Shown here: positions 50,230 to 62,167 of the stretch, in pieces
Layout of the letters: each line of letters opens with the position of its first letter
Numbering within the stretch: the first letter of the stretch is position 1
Origin: Candidatus Cloacimonadales bacterium
GTDB lineage: Bacteria; Cloacimonadota; Cloacimonadia; Cloacimonadales; JAIOQZ01
Assembly: GCA_963674825.1 (NCBI GenBank)
Contig: OY771587.1
Span: 3,616,001-3,680,000 of the forward strand
Reading direction: 5' to 3'
DNA length: 64,000 bases
Position numbers and translations under genes: made by a program
The notes under the pieces: model-generated
What the model saw: only the letters and a program-made list of their open reading frames with translations
Databases searched by the model: none
What the model was told of the DNA's origin: nothing

Positions 50230-51228
50230 TTACCTCGTAAATAATCCGTAAGCGGCTGCAAACACGTTCTTCTCATCTGTTCCGATATTGATGTCTTCTG
50301 GGAAAGGATCGAAGAGTTCAGGTGCATCACCCAGTACCTTCTCCAGGCAAAGCTGGAACGCGCGATTGCGAACGATTCCACCCGAGATGTAAACCTTCAA
50401 TTTCGGGTGTTCGTTACGTATCTGATCGATATTGGTCTTCACTTTCGCCATAAGCTCGTGATAAAGATTCATCGGCGTGAACTGAGCGATTTTGCGATAA
50501 TAATCATTGGTCAGCATGATCAGGGTTTGGGCCTCGATCAAGCTTAGCCGGGTATTACTTGTAATCTGCTCCGCTACGTGCATCATGCCGTAGGGGATAA
50601 CGTGGATCGTATGTAATTGCATATTTTTGATAAAGATCAGGCTCGTTTTCGAGCAACCGAAATCGATCAGAACGTTACATTCTTCGGGAGCGGATCGACG
50701 CTCCAGGGCGTTGGCGATACAGAGCGCGTCAAAGTCCACTACTTTCGCATTCAGACCTGTTGACCGAAGCAATTCCAGCAGGAAATCGAATGGTTCATTC
50801 AAGTATGAATAGAGAATCACTTCCGCTTCACCGGTACCATGATCGTAGTTCACAATCTCGTAATTCGTCTCGAAACCTTCCTTCGCGAGCTTCTCCAGAT
50901 AGATCTGTGACTGAATGCGTACTCGTTTCATCGAGGGGGCTTTGATACGATTCACGAAAATGTGCGAAAACAGACTATTGAACGTAAACATAAAGGTCGT
51001 CTTCTTAGGCAACCGGAAAGCAAGTTCTTCCAGATCCTTGCAGATAATGATAAAGTTGCGCTTATAGACTTCCTTAAGAGTTTCGGACGATACTTTATTT
51101 GTTTGTAGCAATTCGTTGGAATAGGGATGCACAACACCGTTTTCCACAACCATCAGATCCCGCTTCTTCCAGCCGTGGATCATCTTGAGGGAATGGATCC
51201 CAATGTCAACTGCCGCTATATGTTCCAC
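50230..51228 (-). CDS. pilM: PilM-like actin-fold pilus assembly protein
   Basis: AVDIGIHSLKMI, VLIDFGCSKT, IPYG, VYISGG, FAAAYGL. Confidence 0.75.
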   Translation of the reverse strand: MEHIAAVDIGIHSLKMIHGWKKRDLMVVENGVVHPYSNELLQTNKVSSETLKEVYKRNFIIICKDLEELAFRLPKKTTFMFTFNSLFSHIFVNRIKAPSMKRVRIQSQIYLEKLAKEGFETNYEIVNYDHGTGEAEVILYSYLNEPFDFLLELLRSTGLNAKVVDFDALCIANALERRSAPEECNVLIDFGCSKTSLIFIKNMQLHTIHVIPYGMMHVAEQITSNTRLSLIEAQTLIMLTNDYYRKIAQFTPMNLYHELMAKVKTNIDQIRNEHPKLKVYISGGIVRNRAFQLCLEKVLGDAPELFDPFPEDINIGTDEKNVFAAAYGLFTR

Positions 51229-51520
51229 TTAGGCATCTCCTTCGGATAAATGCAATATATCCTATTACGATTTTAAGGCATTGGATGTCAAGTAAATATG
51301 GACAATCTCATAAAAAACTTACTGCGAACTTTTTCCCACATTCTTCAAAACATATTTTAGAGGAACGCCCGGATACTGTCAACCCATCTTGATGCCTGAT
51401 GGCTGAAAAATCCAGGAAATTCGCGTTCATGAATATGAAATCGCCTGATAAAGCTTATTGGAAAAACATTTCATTGACGGAATCCTGCGTGTGACATGAA
51501 TCGTTGTCGAGGTTAACATT

Positions 51521-52423
51521 ATGATTTCAACATCAACCCGGATATTCGTTACTATCGGTACAATTTTGGTCATCGGATTTCTCATGCCGCTATTCGTACC
51601 GGAGGAAGCCGCTCAGGGAAACGCTCCCGGTGAGCCGATGCGCCTGGAAGCATCTGTATTCTTCTCCGAGTTTTCCGATCTCAGGAGCGATGAGGTCACT
51701 CTGGCAAACAAGTTTCGCATACTTATACCGTTCATTGTCGGCCTGCTGTTGATCCTCGCCGGATCGCTGATGTCGGGCGTGATACGTCCCATTGTGATAT
51801 TTCTGTCCGGAGCTGGGCTTTTTATCACGGGCTACGTGATCGAAGGTCACCCAACGCTGGAGATGGACATCCTTCATCGATTCACATTCTGGCTGGGGAT
51901 GCTCTCGCTTGCGATCATCTATGCTGCTAACCAAAGCAGCACGAAGCGTCGTCTCATTCCATGGATTGGGCTTGCCGGCGGTGTGATGTTCATTCTATAC
52001 ACCACTCTCCCCTATTTCAATGAAGTACAGCCCGGAATATCGATCTTCCGCATCCCTTATCAGATCATCGCCGAGCAAAGTACCGTATCGAAAATCTTCG
52101 GGTACGGGCTGATTCTGGTTATCGCCGGATGGGCTTTCTCTGCCGTTATGACAGGCCTGAATCTTCTTGATAAAGACCTTATGCAACCTTCCACAATTCG
52201 TCTGGTCATTCTGGCCGTATGGGGATGGTTGTTTATGCTTATGCTCTACGTGAATTATGTTCCGCTTATAGGCTCTCTAAGCAATATAGCGGAAGGCAAG
52301 CTGTTCATTATGGTATCGGTTGCATGGAACTTCATCAAGACAGCGATCATGATCTTCATGCCGTTCCTTACCCTTTCTCTGGGACTGGCAGAACTGTTCC
52401 AGATGAAAAGGTTTGACAAGTGA
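51521..52423 (+). CDS. Multi-pass membrane protein, unknown function
   Basis: About eight hydrophobic segments. Confidence 0.75.
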   Translation: MISTSTRIFVTIGTILVIGFLMPLFVPEEAAQGNAPGEPMRLEASVFFSEFSDLRSDEVTLANKFRILIPFIVGLLLILAGSLMSGVIRPIVIFLSGAGLFITGYVIEGHPTLEMDILHRFTFWLGMLSLAIIYAANQSSTKRRLIPWIGLAGGVMFILYTTLPYFNEVQPGISIFRIPYQIIAEQSTVSKIFGYGLILVIAGWAFSAVMTGLNLLDKDLMQPSTIRLVILAVWGWLFMLMLYVNYVPLIGSLSNIAEGKLFIMVSVAWNFIKTAIMIFMPFLTLSLGLAELFQMKRFDK

Positions 52424-52449
52424 CATTTGTCATGGGAATTTTTGCCGAT

Positions 52450-52980
52450 ATGAAACGACAAACACGATTTCTTGTATCGATAGGGGTTATCCTCGTCCTG
52501 CTTGCTACAAACGGGTGTCAACAGCCCATCCGTGACGAGGAGCAGCTTGCTGTTCGTCTCTTGAACGCACTGCACGATATCGATATCGAGAGCTTCCGTG
52601 AAACATTCCTCACAAAAAAAGACTATCATGAAGTCACGCTCCAAATGCGAAAGATTTCAGGACTCGAAGATGCCGAAGATGACGCGCTGATGAGGTCGTG
52701 GGAAGAATACCAGCTTCTGATCACGGAAATGTTCCGCAGTATTATCGATGAGGGTGTTCAAACGGGGATCCGGTGGTCAGAGGTCGAGATCATCGCAATT
52801 GTCCCTGGAAATGAAGTTGTTGAAAACTACATGCCTCCCACGATCAAGATGCTTGACGATGTAAGCATTCGTTTTAGAAGCGGTAGTTCAACATATCTGT
52901 TGCGATTTTATGACCCAGTCCGTATCAAGGACAGCTGGAAGATATCCAGTCACCTCTATCTCCTGCACAAGGAAGGTTGA
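52450..52980 (+). CDS. Putative lipoprotein
   Basis: Hydrophobic leader ending ATNGC. Confidence 0.65.
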   Translation: MKRQTRFLVSIGVILVLLATNGCQQPIRDEEQLAVRLLNALHDIDIESFRETFLTKKDYHEVTLQMRKISGLEDAEDDALMRSWEEYQLLITEMFRSIIDEGVQTGIRWSEVEIIAIVPGNEVVENYMPPTIKMLDDVSIRFRSGSSTYLLRFYDPVRIKDSWKISSHLYLLHKEG

Positions 52981-52981
52981 T

Positions 52982-53509
52982 GTGAAATTTCTGATTAAAC
53001 TGATTATGCTCGGAGTCAGCGTTTTCTGGCTCCTCTGTCTTTTTATCGTTCCGATGTATCGGATCCAGGTAGATAATGGTTGGATGATGCTCAATCCATC
53101 AGGAGAATTCCCAGCAATGCAGCTGATCTTGTTTCTTACGGGAAGCCAGCCACCGCTTATTGATATGAGTGGCATGGCGATGGCTTCAGCGATTACCGCG
53201 ATCACGCTTCTTGTTGTTAATGGATTTTGGATTCTGAACCGCGCGATAGCATTTCTTCACTCTCCCATTTCCAGATTTTCGTTCTCCCACTACCTGATGA
53301 TTGCTATCATGCATATCGCGCAAACTTTATCGATACTCTGGCTCTTTTCCAGCCTCAATCGCGGCGGGATACAAACAAACCTGACACGAGATGGCTGGAT
53401 CGCCTGTATTATATCTTTAGCACTTATTTTCGTAATGTATCCGTTGAAAAGGAAAAAGGTCTCTCAACCAAAAGGAAATGAACAGGCCCAACATGATCTT
53501 GAAACGTAG
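52982..53509 (+). CDS. Membrane protein, unknown function
   Basis: GTG start right after the upstream stop; four hydrophobic segments. Confidence 0.6.
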   Translation: MKFLIKLIMLGVSVFWLLCLFIVPMYRIQVDNGWMMLNPSGEFPAMQLILFLTGSQPPLIDMSGMAMASAITAITLLVVNGFWILNRAIAFLHSPISRFSFSHYLMIAIMHIAQTLSILWLFSSLNRGGIQTNLTRDGWIACIISLALIFVMYPLKRKKVSQPKGNEQAQHDLET

Positions 53510-56500
53510 TATCACGCTCATCGTATTATTGTTTCTCTGCATCGTTCCCTTGTTCACGAGTCAAACTCCCGAAATTCGCATCATGGTGATCAATTCCTAT
53601 TATCCTGGCTATCAGCGATGCGACACCCTTGTGGGCGGAATCAAGCAATGGTATCAGGAAAGCCCCGAAACCAGCATCTTCTGCGAATATCTTGACTGGT
53701 TTCATTTCAACCGGGCGGACGTGGAAAAGCAGCAGGCAGAGCTTCTCTATACACGCCACCATGCAATTAAATATTCTTCGATTATCGTATGCGACAGCAA
53801 CGCATTCGACTTTGTAACAAACTATCGCGACCGCATCTTCCCCAATACTCCCGTAATCTATTGCGGTTCGCATTCTGTTCAAGATACTGAAAACCCTGAC
53901 TTCCACGCAATCGAGATCAAGGATGCCGTCGAATCAATGATCACCTGGTCAGCGAAATGGAAACCGCAAGCAACCAGCTATATGGTCATATCCGATCAGA
54001 CGACCGCTGGCGACACAGAACTCGTAACGGTTCGCAAATTGATTGCAAAGTATCTTGTAAACCATGACTATCGCGAATATATTGGCGCAACACCTGACGA
54101 ACTGATCGACGCCCTCAATCTATATGGTCAGGATGCGATAGTCCTTGCCCTCAACTACCAGTATGATCGTTCAGGAAATCGGATTTCACCTGAAGACCTG
54201 AAACGAATCCGAACATTATCAAACGTTCCAATATTCACGACTCAGCAATATTTAATCGGAACGCTTGCTATTGGCGGATATATCGAGGACGCCGCTGAGA
54301 TCGGCAAGGCTGCGGCGAAGAAAGCCAGCCATGTTATCTACGGATATTCCGCGGAGAAAATAGAGCCGGTCGAAGCCAAGCCCATATTTGTCTCCGATTT
54401 GTTGGAAACATACGATCTATCGAGAATCGACCTTCCCGCACATGTCGAGCTTATCAAGCATCAAGAAACCATGCTCGACTTCTATCGCGATTACGCCAGT
54501 GTATCGCTCTACCTTTTCATCATAATGCTTATAGCGCTGATCGGAACAATTCTGCTGCTTTTCAGCCGCAGAAGAAACATGCTTATCCTGTCCGATAAGG
54601 AGCGTCAGCTCAAGCTTGTTCTGAACAGCTCCCAAATCAGGCTTTATCGCTGGATTCGCAGCGAAGACGCTCTTGTTTTCGACGATCCGTCCGTTCGTAG
54701 AATCATCGTTGATTCATCCATCCGGGTCTTCAAGAAACAGCATTGGAAGACAGTTCTCGACGCTGACAGCTATAAAGAAGTCATGCACCAATACGATTTG
54801 ATGGAAATCCGCGAAATCGACAGCTTCGACATCGAAGTCAGACTCAAAGTAACCAAGGGTAATTTCGAGTGGTTTCGACTGGTGGCCAAAGTTACCGATG
54901 TCGATCGACACGGCAACGTGCTGCAGGTACACGGTCTCATTATGAACATAAATGCTCGAAAGAACTCTCAGGAAGAGCTCAGCCAGGCACATGCCATGAT
55001 CGAGACAGCAATTGAGCAATCACCGGCGGGAATCATCATGGCGCAAGGCAAGGACGTAAAAATTACGACGGTTAACAGCGCCGCAGCGAAGATTCGCGGC
55101 CTGGCTCCCAGCGAATTATCCGAGATTCCACTTGAAGAGCATTTCATGAAGTGGCAAGTCTATCATGAAGATGGATCACCGTGCAAGCCTGAAGATCTCC
55201 CCCTTAGCCGCGCCATGCTAACAGGCCACACCACCAATAACATGAACTTGATTATCCGAGATATAAATGGATTCGATCACTGGATTATGGTCAATGCGAC
55301 GCCAATCAGGAACTCCTTTGGAGAAATCTCGGCTGCGGTCGCGATCTTCCTGGATGTCACGGAAATCCGCCAGTATCAACAAAAGCTTTCCGAGAATGAA
55401 GAGCGATACCACATGATCTTCGATAACAGCCCACTAGGTATCTTCCACTACAATACAAAGGGTACCATCATCGAAGTGAATGAGAAGATCGCGGAATTCT
55501 TTGACCTGGAAAAAGAGGATCTTGTTGGTCAGAACATGCTGACTATTTCTCAGGATGAGACTGTTCTCGAGTCGATACGCGCATCTCTCAGCGGGAAAGC
55601 AGGCTATTTCGAAGGCGATTATCAGACAATCCTGAAAAATGTGCGCATCCCGATCCGGGTATTTTTCAGTCCGATATTCGATCCCGACGGTAACCAGGTG
55701 GGCGGTCTCGGTATCGCGGAGGATATGAGCGATTGGCGACGCGCGGAGCAAGCGCTGGTACAGAGTGAAGAGAAGTTCCGCATTCTCTCGGAAAAATCAA
55801 TAGCAGGTATCAATATCTCGCAAGACGGCGTGTTCAAGTATGTGAATCCCCGCATGACCGAGCTCTTCGGCTACACTGAGGAAGAGATGCTCGATATGCC
55901 GATCCACAAGATCATCTTCCCGGATGACATGGATCATGTACGTCAAAATATCCTCCGACGTATGCATGGCGATACAGATACAGTCGTTTATGAGTTCCGC
56001 GGAGTGAAAAAGAGCGGAGAGATCATTCACATCCAAACATTCGGATCAGTAATCAACTTCCGCGGCCAGTTAGCGGCTTTCGGTACGCTCATCGATATCA
56101 CGGAACGAAAACGCGGCGAAGTGGAGAGAATCCGGCTCGAAAAGGCGATCGATCAGACATCGGAAGCGATATTTATTACCGATACCTATGGAACAATCCA
56201 GTATGTGAATCCAGCCTTTGAAAAGCTCAACGGCTATATGCGCTATGAGGTAATTGGACGCAACGCGGACATCCTCAAGGGCGATGACGATGAAAATCCT
56301 GATTATCATGAGCTCTGGGATACGCTCCGAAACAGCGAAACCTGGCGCGGAACGCTCAGCAACAGGCGCAAGAACGGGACGAACTACCACGCGGAAGCCA
56401 CATTCTCACCCATTCGAGACAACAATGGCCTTATCAGCCAGTTTATCATCGTACTTAAGGACGTCACCGACCGTGTTCGCATCGAGAAGCAGCTACGTCA

Positions 56501-57629
56501 ATCGCAAAAGATGGAAGCGATCGGAACACTCGCCGGTGGTATCGCGCACGATTTCAACAACATCCTCGGCGCGATCCTGGGGTACACAGAGCTAGTCATC
56601 GATGACTCGTTACAACACTCCAGAATCCATAAAAACATGCTGGAAGTGATGTCTGCTGCGACCCGTGCTAAAGAACTCGTCGCGCAAATTCTTGCATTCA
56701 GCAGACAAAAAGAACAGGAAAAGAAGCCTGTCAACGTACTGCACATCGTGAAAGAGGTGCTGCGACTGCTGCGTTCTTCAACACCAAGTACAATCGAGCT
56801 CAAACGATCGTTCGACGCAACATCTCCGATCGTCATGGCAGATCCCACTCAAATACATCAGGTTGTGATGAACCTCTGCACCAACGCCTCGCAAGCTATG
56901 CTGGAAAGAGGCGGTATCCTGGATATACGCGTAAGCGAACTGGAGTTTGCCGAACCTTTCTTCGCCCGTACCGAGCTCAAACCGGGACGTTATGTGTGCC
57001 TGGCGGTCGGCGATACCGGTAGCGGCATCCCGCAGGAGATCGTAGAGCGTATCTTCGAACCGTATTTTACTACTAAAAAGCAAGAAGGCGGAACCGGCCT
57101 GGGCCTCGCCATTGTTCACGGTATCGTGCGCAATCTCGAAGGAGACATTGTTGTAACCAGCGAGGAGAGCATCGGCACAGAATTTGTGGTCTATCTACCT
57201 TTGATCGAGCAGAAATCTACTGTTTCCGAACCGACGAACGAACCGCTTCCACATGGCAAGGAAACGATAATCTTCGTCGATGACGAGGACATGCTCATCG
57301 ATTTTGCACAACAGGCGTTCGAGCGGCTTGGGTACGATATCCACACATTCAAGGATCCACGTGAAGCGCTCAAGTATTACAACCGAAACAAAGACCGCAT
57401 CGATTTGATCATCACCGACCAGACCATGCCCAAGATGACAGGCGCTCAACTGGCAACGGCTGTTCTGCACGAAAACCCGGAGATGCCGATTATCCTGTGT
57501 ACGGGCTACAGTGAAACGATTTCCAAGGAACGCGCTCTTCAGATGGGTATCCGTGAGTACGTCATGAAGCCCTTGATTATGAAGGAAATGGCCTTTATCG
57601 TTCGTGGAATTCTGGACGATATTTCCTGA
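53478..57629 (+). CDS. Hybrid sensor histidine kinase (periplasmic ABC-binding-like sensor, multiple PAS, HisKA, HATPase, REC)
   Basis: [46 protein letters not shown]. Confidence 0.95.
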   Translation: MNRPNMILKRSITLIVLLFLCIVPLFTSQTPEIRIMVINSYYPGYQRCDTLVGGIKQWYQESPETSIFCEYLDWFHFNRADVEKQQAELLYTRHHAIKYSSIIVCDSNAFDFVTNYRDRIFPNTPVIYCGSHSVQDTENPDFHAIEIKDAVESMITWSAKWKPQATSYMVISDQTTAGDTELVTVRKLIAKYLVNHDYREYIGATPDELIDALNLYGQDAIVLALNYQYDRSGNRISPEDLKRIRTLSNVPIFTTQQYLIGTLAIGGYIEDAAEIGKAAAKKASHVIYGYSAEKIEPVEAKPIFVSDLLETYDLSRIDLPAHVELIKHQETMLDFYRDYASVSLYLFIIMLIALIGTILLLFSRRRNMLILSDKERQLKLVLNSSQIRLYRWIRSEDALVFDDPSVRRIIVDSSIRVFKKQHWKTVLDADSYKEVMHQYDLMEIREIDSFDIEVRLKVTKGNFEWFRLVAKVTDVDRHGNVLQVHGLIMNINARKNSQEELSQAHAMIETAIEQSPAGIIMAQGKDVKITTVNSAAAKIRGLAPSELSEIPLEEHFMKWQVYHEDGSPCKPEDLPLSRAMLTGHTTNNMNLIIRDINGFDHWIMVNATPIRNSFGEISAAVAIFLDVTEIRQYQQKLSENEERYHMIFDNSPLGIFHYNTKGTIIEVNEKIAEFFDLEKEDLVGQNMLTISQDETVLESIRASLSGKAGYFEGDYQTILKNVRIPIRVFFSPIFDPDGNQVGGLGIAEDMSDWRRAEQALVQSEEKFRILSEKSIAGINISQDGVFKYVNPRMTELFGYTEEEMLDMPIHKIIFPDDMDHVRQNILRRMHGDTDTVVYEFRGVKKSGEIIHIQTFGSVINFRGQLAAFGTLIDITERKRGEVERIRLEKAIDQTSEAIFITDTYGTIQYVNPAFEKLNGYMRYEVIGRNADILKGDDDENPDYHELWDTLRNSETWRGTLSNRRKNGTNYHAEATFSPIRDNNGLISQFIIVLKDVTDRVRIEKQLRQSQKMEAIGTLAGGIAHDFNNILGAILGYTELVIDDSLQHSRIHKNMLEVMSAATRAKELVAQILAFSRQKEQEKKPVNVLHIVKEVLRLLRSSTPSTIELKRSFDATSPIVMADPTQIHQVVMNLCTNASQAMLERGGILDIRVSELEFAEPFFARTELKPGRYVCLAVGDTGSGIPQEIVERIFEPYFTTKKQEGGTGLGLAIVHGIVRNLEGDIVVTSEESIGTEFVVYLPLIEQKSTVSEPTNEPLPHGKETIIFVDDEDMLIDFAQQAFERLGYDIHTFKDPREALKYYNRNKDRIDLIITDQTMPKMTGAQLATAVLHENPEMPIILCTGYSETISKERALQMGIREYVMKPLIMKEMAFIVRGILDDIS

Positions 57630-57704
57630 TCGCAGAAACACCTTGACATATTTCATCCGTACGCGCTTTTCTTAACCAATTATAAGCCATAATTGGAGGG
57701 CAAC

Positions 57705-58928
57705 ATGCGTAGACTATTTTGTATACCCGTGATTCTCATCGTCATTATACTTGCAGCATGCAGCGACAGCGATGGCGGTATCGCATCTCCACCGGATGTT
57801 CCATATATCCAGTTGTTCGTCTTGATGGATAGCGTCGTGGTCGATTCATTCTACGTGACGGAAGGCTACGATGGAACGGTTATTCCTGTATATGACGGGC
57901 CAGATCGTATTGGCGGTATCGAGATCAATTTACGGGAATTTATATATGATTATCCGGGTGCAGAACCGCAAATGATGTTCAATGCCCTGGCCAGGAAAGA
58001 CGGTTGTTATGCAAGTTTCGCATCCACAAACGAATATAGCACGATATCGTTCGATTACACGACAGGATTCAAGCCAATCAATCCGGAAATGAATTGCGGC
58101 GTTGTTCTGGCCGTCACGGAAGATACCGGCGATTATTACAGTGTTATAAGCTACGATATTATCAATGTGTGGAGCGGAAGCGATTCCATCGGAACAATTC
58201 AAGTCGATGATCGAGGAAGATTCGAGACGGATATTCCTGCAGGAAATTACACGATAACCGATGACGAATGGATTTATATGTACGGATTTGATGATACTGA
58301 GTTCAATTTGGTCAGCGGATATGCAGAATACAAAATCGCGGCTTATGAGACCTTTGCCGATAAACCCAACATATACCTCTACCCCACCGAGACAACGACG
58401 CTCGATGTGAGTATCGATTTCCCGCACGGTGGATTCGTGGTGGCTTCCGATCCGCAGTACCCGGATCTGTGGCAAGATATAACCGTCGAGCCCAATGGCA
58501 GGATCAACGACAGCTTCGATTATCTTTTCTACGAAGCTTCGATCCTCGCATTTTCGCAGCAAACCTGCGGTTGGGTCGTACCTCGAGAGGATCTCGAAAC
58601 CTTCTTCACCGACAATCTGCGTGAGACCGGATTCAGCCAGTCCGAGATCGACGACTTCAATGAATGGTGGATTCCCCTGCTCTCCGATTCCGAATATTAT
58701 GCAATTTATCCGCAATACAACGATCGGATCGATCCGGTTATCGCGCTGGAATTCTCAAAGCAACCGGATTCTGTAATCCGTCTCTTTTACTACGTAGATG
58801 CCATCGATTCACCGGACATCAAGCTCGAAAAGCCTGTCATTCCTTTTATCGAGCAGAATGGATTCGTTGTAAGAGAATGGGGTGTTATACCTTCCAGAGC
58901 AACAAAGGCACAGATCGCTGAGGAATAG
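57705..58928 (+). CDS. Lipoprotein with C-terminal KPNIYLYP-type domain, unknown function
   Basis: LAAC lipobox; DKPNIYLYP, YLFYEA, DFNEWWIP, FVVREWG. Confidence 0.8.
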   Translation: MRRLFCIPVILIVIILAACSDSDGGIASPPDVPYIQLFVLMDSVVVDSFYVTEGYDGTVIPVYDGPDRIGGIEINLREFIYDYPGAEPQMMFNALARKDGCYASFASTNEYSTISFDYTTGFKPINPEMNCGVVLAVTEDTGDYYSVISYDIINVWSGSDSIGTIQVDDRGRFETDIPAGNYTITDDEWIYMYGFDDTEFNLVSGYAEYKIAAYETFADKPNIYLYPTETTTLDVSIDFPHGGFVVASDPQYPDLWQDITVEPNGRINDSFDYLFYEASILAFSQQTCGWVVPREDLETFFTDNLRETGFSQSEIDDFNEWWIPLLSDSEYYAIYPQYNDRIDPVIALEFSKQPDSVIRLFYYVDAIDSPDIKLEKPVIPFIEQNGFVVREWGVIPSRATKAQIAEE

Positions 58929-58998
58929 CTTGACGCTATCAATCAATATCGTATGCTTTTACATCGCTAAAAAAAAACGATATTGAGGTTGATGCTCC

Positions 58999-59382
58999 AT
59001 GAAAAACTATGGTTATGACCGCCGTGGCGAACGTCGGCGCGGTCCCGATGTCTGGTTTAAAATGATCTCCTGGCTTAGCTTCATCGGTTGGCTTCTGATG
59101 CTTATCGCACTGGTATTGTTCGACCTGGCTAAACCACAGATGATGACATTCTTCGATCGATTCTTTCACGTATCGTTCGCATCAGTATGGAATTACCAGC
59201 TTACATTATACATCTTCTTCGTGATGATTGCCGGCTTTTTCCTGAGCCTGATAGGCTTGACCATAAACGCAAAGCGGCACCGCAGGAAAAAGGACAAGTA
59301 TAGCTTATCGCTTATTTTGCTAGGAATTGTGTCGTTTATGGGCGCTGCGTTTTACCTGATTCGGTTCTGGCGCCAGTATTAA
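58999..59382 (+). CDS. Small membrane protein
   Basis: DRRGERRRGPD then three TM helices. Confidence 0.75.
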   Translation: MKNYGYDRRGERRRGPDVWFKMISWLSFIGWLLMLIALVLFDLAKPQMMTFFDRFFHVSFASVWNYQLTLYIFFVMIAGFFLSLIGLTINAKRHRRKKDKYSLSLILLGIVSFMGAAFYLIRFWRQY

Positions 59383-59383
59383 A

Positions 59384-59767
59384 TTATTCTTCGATGCGGT
59401 GATAGGTTGTAATTGTCTCGTCTCCCTCGATGATATTCCCATCTGCGTCGCGGGTTTCAATGCGCGTAAGTTCGACATCATTGATGCTGGTAAAATGGAC
59501 CTTCTCGCGCGTAGCGATACCCAATGTAGTCCGAACAAGGATATTGGGTGATTCGATCGACCATGTTCCGGCTTCTTCACCATTGACCGTGATAATTTTA
59601 CCATCTGCGGTGAATTCCAGAATGCTCTCGAGGCCGCCGACCTCTTTCCATGTTCCAGTAAGGCGTTCGGCAATACGGGTTGCCGGATCGGTTTTCTTTT
59701 GTTTCTGACCACATGCAGCCAGAACGATCATCAAGATTGTCAGAGAAACGAGAATTCCTTTTTGCAT
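59384..59767 (-). CDS. Putative lipoprotein (lipocalin-like)
   Basis: LAAC lipobox; LTGTWK, GTWSI. Confidence 0.7.
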   Translation of the reverse strand: MQKGILVSLTILMIVLAACGQKQKKTDPATRIAERLTGTWKEVGGLESILEFTADGKIITVNGEEAGTWSIESPNILVRTTLGIATREKVHFTSINDVELTRIETRDADGNIIEGDETITTYHRIEE

Positions 59768-59858
59768 AGTTTTTACATCCTTCCTGCGGAACTTTTGTCA
59801 TCTCGAAAATCATTGTCAATGAAAATCAGCGTCAATCCTCGATTTTCCATTTACTGTA

Positions 59859-60620
59859 TTAAGCTATTACAATCCCCACCGGACAGTGATCCGAGCCCAT
59901 CACATCCTGACGAATGTAAACGTCTTTCACCTGCGGCATGAATCCTGAATTCACGAAGAAGTAATCAATGCGCCAGCCTGTATTCCGTGCTCTGGCATTC
60001 CCGATGTACGACCACCATGAATATTCTTTCGGCTCCTGGTTGAACGCACGGAATGTATCCACGTATCCGTGCTCAACAAGCTTGTCCATCCACGCCCGTT
60101 CAATGGGTAAAAATCCCGAGACCTCTTCATTAGCCTTCGGACGCGCCAGATCGATTGGTTTATGCGCGGTGTTGTAATCACCGCAAACCACGACGTTTTT
60201 ACCGGCTGCTACAGCTTCGTCCATCACCTCGAGAAAGCGATCGTAGAAATCGAGCTTGTATTGCAGGCGGTCATCATTCATCTTGCCGTTAGGGAAATAG
60301 ACGTTGAACAACGTGAAATTCTTATAATCGGCTCTGACAACGCGACCTTCGCGATCAAAACGTTCCTCGCCGATCGTATGCGATACAGAAAGCGGCTCTT
60401 CACGCGTCAGAATGCATGTCCCCGAATAGCCTTTCTTCTCGGCGTGACTCCAGTAGGCGTTGTAGCCATCGAGTTCCTTGATCTCCCCGGGAATCTGTGC
60501 CTCTTGCAGCTTGGTCTCTTGCAGGCAGAGTATATCGGGCTTTTCCTGCTCTATAAATTCGAGAAAGCCCTTTTTCATTACGGCTCGCAGCCCGTTTACA
60601 TTCCATGACATCACATTCAT
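59859..60620 (-). CDS. xth: Exodeoxyribonuclease III
   Basis: SWNVNGLRA, LQETK, YFPNG, GDYNTAH, GWRIDY, SDHCPV. Confidence 0.97.
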   Translation of the reverse strand: MNVMSWNVNGLRAVMKKGFLEFIEQEKPDILCLQETKLQEAQIPGEIKELDGYNAYWSHAEKKGYSGTCILTREEPLSVSHTIGEERFDREGRVVRADYKNFTLFNVYFPNGKMNDDRLQYKLDFYDRFLEVMDEAVAAGKNVVVCGDYNTAHKPIDLARPKANEEVSGFLPIERAWMDKLVEHGYVDTFRAFNQEPKEYSWWSYIGNARARNTGWRIDYFFVNSGFMPQVKDVYIRQDVMGSDHCPVGIVIA

Positions 60621-61282
60621 TTTGCTTCCTCACGTGGGTATTTGGTTTTCACGCCGATGCGAGGGCACTCATTCCATATCGGACAGCGGTCGCAGCGCGG
60701 GTTGATCGGCTTGCAGAGGTTTTGCCCGAAAGCGACGAAAAAGGAGTTGAACTCCAGCCAATATTTCACGGGCATCTTCTTACGCAGCGCCATCTCGGTG
60801 TCGAGCGGTGTCTTGGTTTTCACGTAGCCCAGACGATTCATGATGCGATGCACATGCACATCAACGCACACTGCCGGTTTGTGGAAGCCAATAGCCAGCA
60901 CCAGATTGGCTGTCTTGCGCCCAACGCCAGGCAACTTCACCAGTTCCTCGATGGTATCGGGGACCTTCGAATTGAAATCCTCGATCAGCATTTTGGCCAG
61001 TCCTTCCAGGTGCTTCGCCTTGTTGTGGTAAAATCCGGCCGGGAAGATCAGCTCTTCGATCTCGAGCACACTCAATCGGGCAAGATCCTCGGGCGTATTA
61101 ACCACCGCGAAGAGTTTTTTCGTCACCTGCGTGGTGGTCTCGTCCTTGGTTCGAGCGCTGAGCAGCGTCCCGACCAGCACCTTGAACGGATCGCGGGTTT
61201 GGGCTTCGATCAGATCGATGACCGGCGCTTTGACCGTCTGAAAATGCTTCTGTAACTCGCTGAAAACGTTGTCGAAATTCAT
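60617..61282 (-). CDS. nth: Endonuclease III
   Basis: LLSARTKD, LPGVGRKTANLVL, VDVHVHR, C-x6-C-x2-C-x5-C. Confidence 0.95.
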   Translation of the reverse strand: MNFDNVFSELQKHFQTVKAPVIDLIEAQTRDPFKVLVGTLLSARTKDETTTQVTKKLFAVVNTPEDLARLSVLEIEELIFPAGFYHNKAKHLEGLAKMLIEDFNSKVPDTIEELVKLPGVGRKTANLVLAIGFHKPAVCVDVHVHRIMNRLGYVKTKTPLDTEMALRKKMPVKYWLEFNSFFVAFGQNLCKPINPRCDRCPIWNECPRIGVKTKYPREEAK

Positions 61283-62068
61283 TTATCTCCCCGGTGTGTA
61301 TTCCACCAATTCGAGTTTCATCCGGCTTTCATACTTTCCGATCAGGTCTCCTTCATCGTCGACAATGTCGTTTGGACCGAAATCGAACCAGGCGTAGACG
61401 ATTCCCTTGGAGGAATAGTAATAGTCGTATGTGTATGAGACTCCGTCCGGATCCAACACAATATGCTTGTGAATGCATTTCTGAGATCCGATCGCGCTTT
61501 CGATCGTTTCATATCCGATGATTTCGTGCACAGATTGCAGGTAGTCCATATTCGGCATATAGGTCCAGGTCATGCCTTCGGTAGCTGGTTTCGGCAGGAT
61601 CATATTGGCGTTCGAATCCGGCAGATCGATGTACCATTCCAGGTCGCCATAATCTCCAGGAGCTATGATATCCCGTGAGTTGATGGGCTTTTTCGGCGCT
61701 GCGAACACAATTATAAAGCCGGTACCTTCCGTACCGAACATACGCAATCCACCATCAACTTCGGCAAGGTAATCCGAATAGACCCTATCGGAATCGAGGT
61801 CGCTCCACGAATTGAAACGGGTTGTCATCACGCCATTGGGCGCTTCCACAAGCGAATCCGCCGATAAATGCGCGTAAAAAGAGACAGTATCCACCGTTCC
61901 CGTAGCGTAATCGAGTTCGGTCAGCGTCACTTTGTATGTCCACGAATCGCCGAGATTCAGCGGAAAGTAAATGCTGCTTTTTCCGCTACTTGATGAATCG
62001 CTACAGCTTGTCAGCATGACAAATAATATCAGGAGAAGTCCTGCGATCGCAATGATGCTCTTTTTCAT
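61283..62068 (-). CDS. Putative lipoprotein
   Basis: AGGAG RBS, LTSC lipobox, YFPLNLGDSWTY. Confidence 0.75.
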   Translation of the reverse strand: MKKSIIAIAGLLLILFVMLTSCSDSSSSGKSSIYFPLNLGDSWTYKVTLTELDYATGTVDTVSFYAHLSADSLVEAPNGVMTTRFNSWSDLDSDRVYSDYLAEVDGGLRMFGTEGTGFIIVFAAPKKPINSRDIIAPGDYGDLEWYIDLPDSNANMILPKPATEGMTWTYMPNMDYLQSVHEIIGYETIESAIGSQKCIHKHIVLDPDGVSYTYDYYYSSKGIVYAWFDFGPNDIVDDEGDLIGKYESRMKLELVEYTPGR

Positions 62069-62167
62069 GAGTCTCCTTTTCGCTTGGATGTTCCTCCTGA
62101 GGCCGAGAATAAATTTTGCATATATGAATGTCATTTTATCATAAAGTGGAGTTTGTGTAAAGGAATC

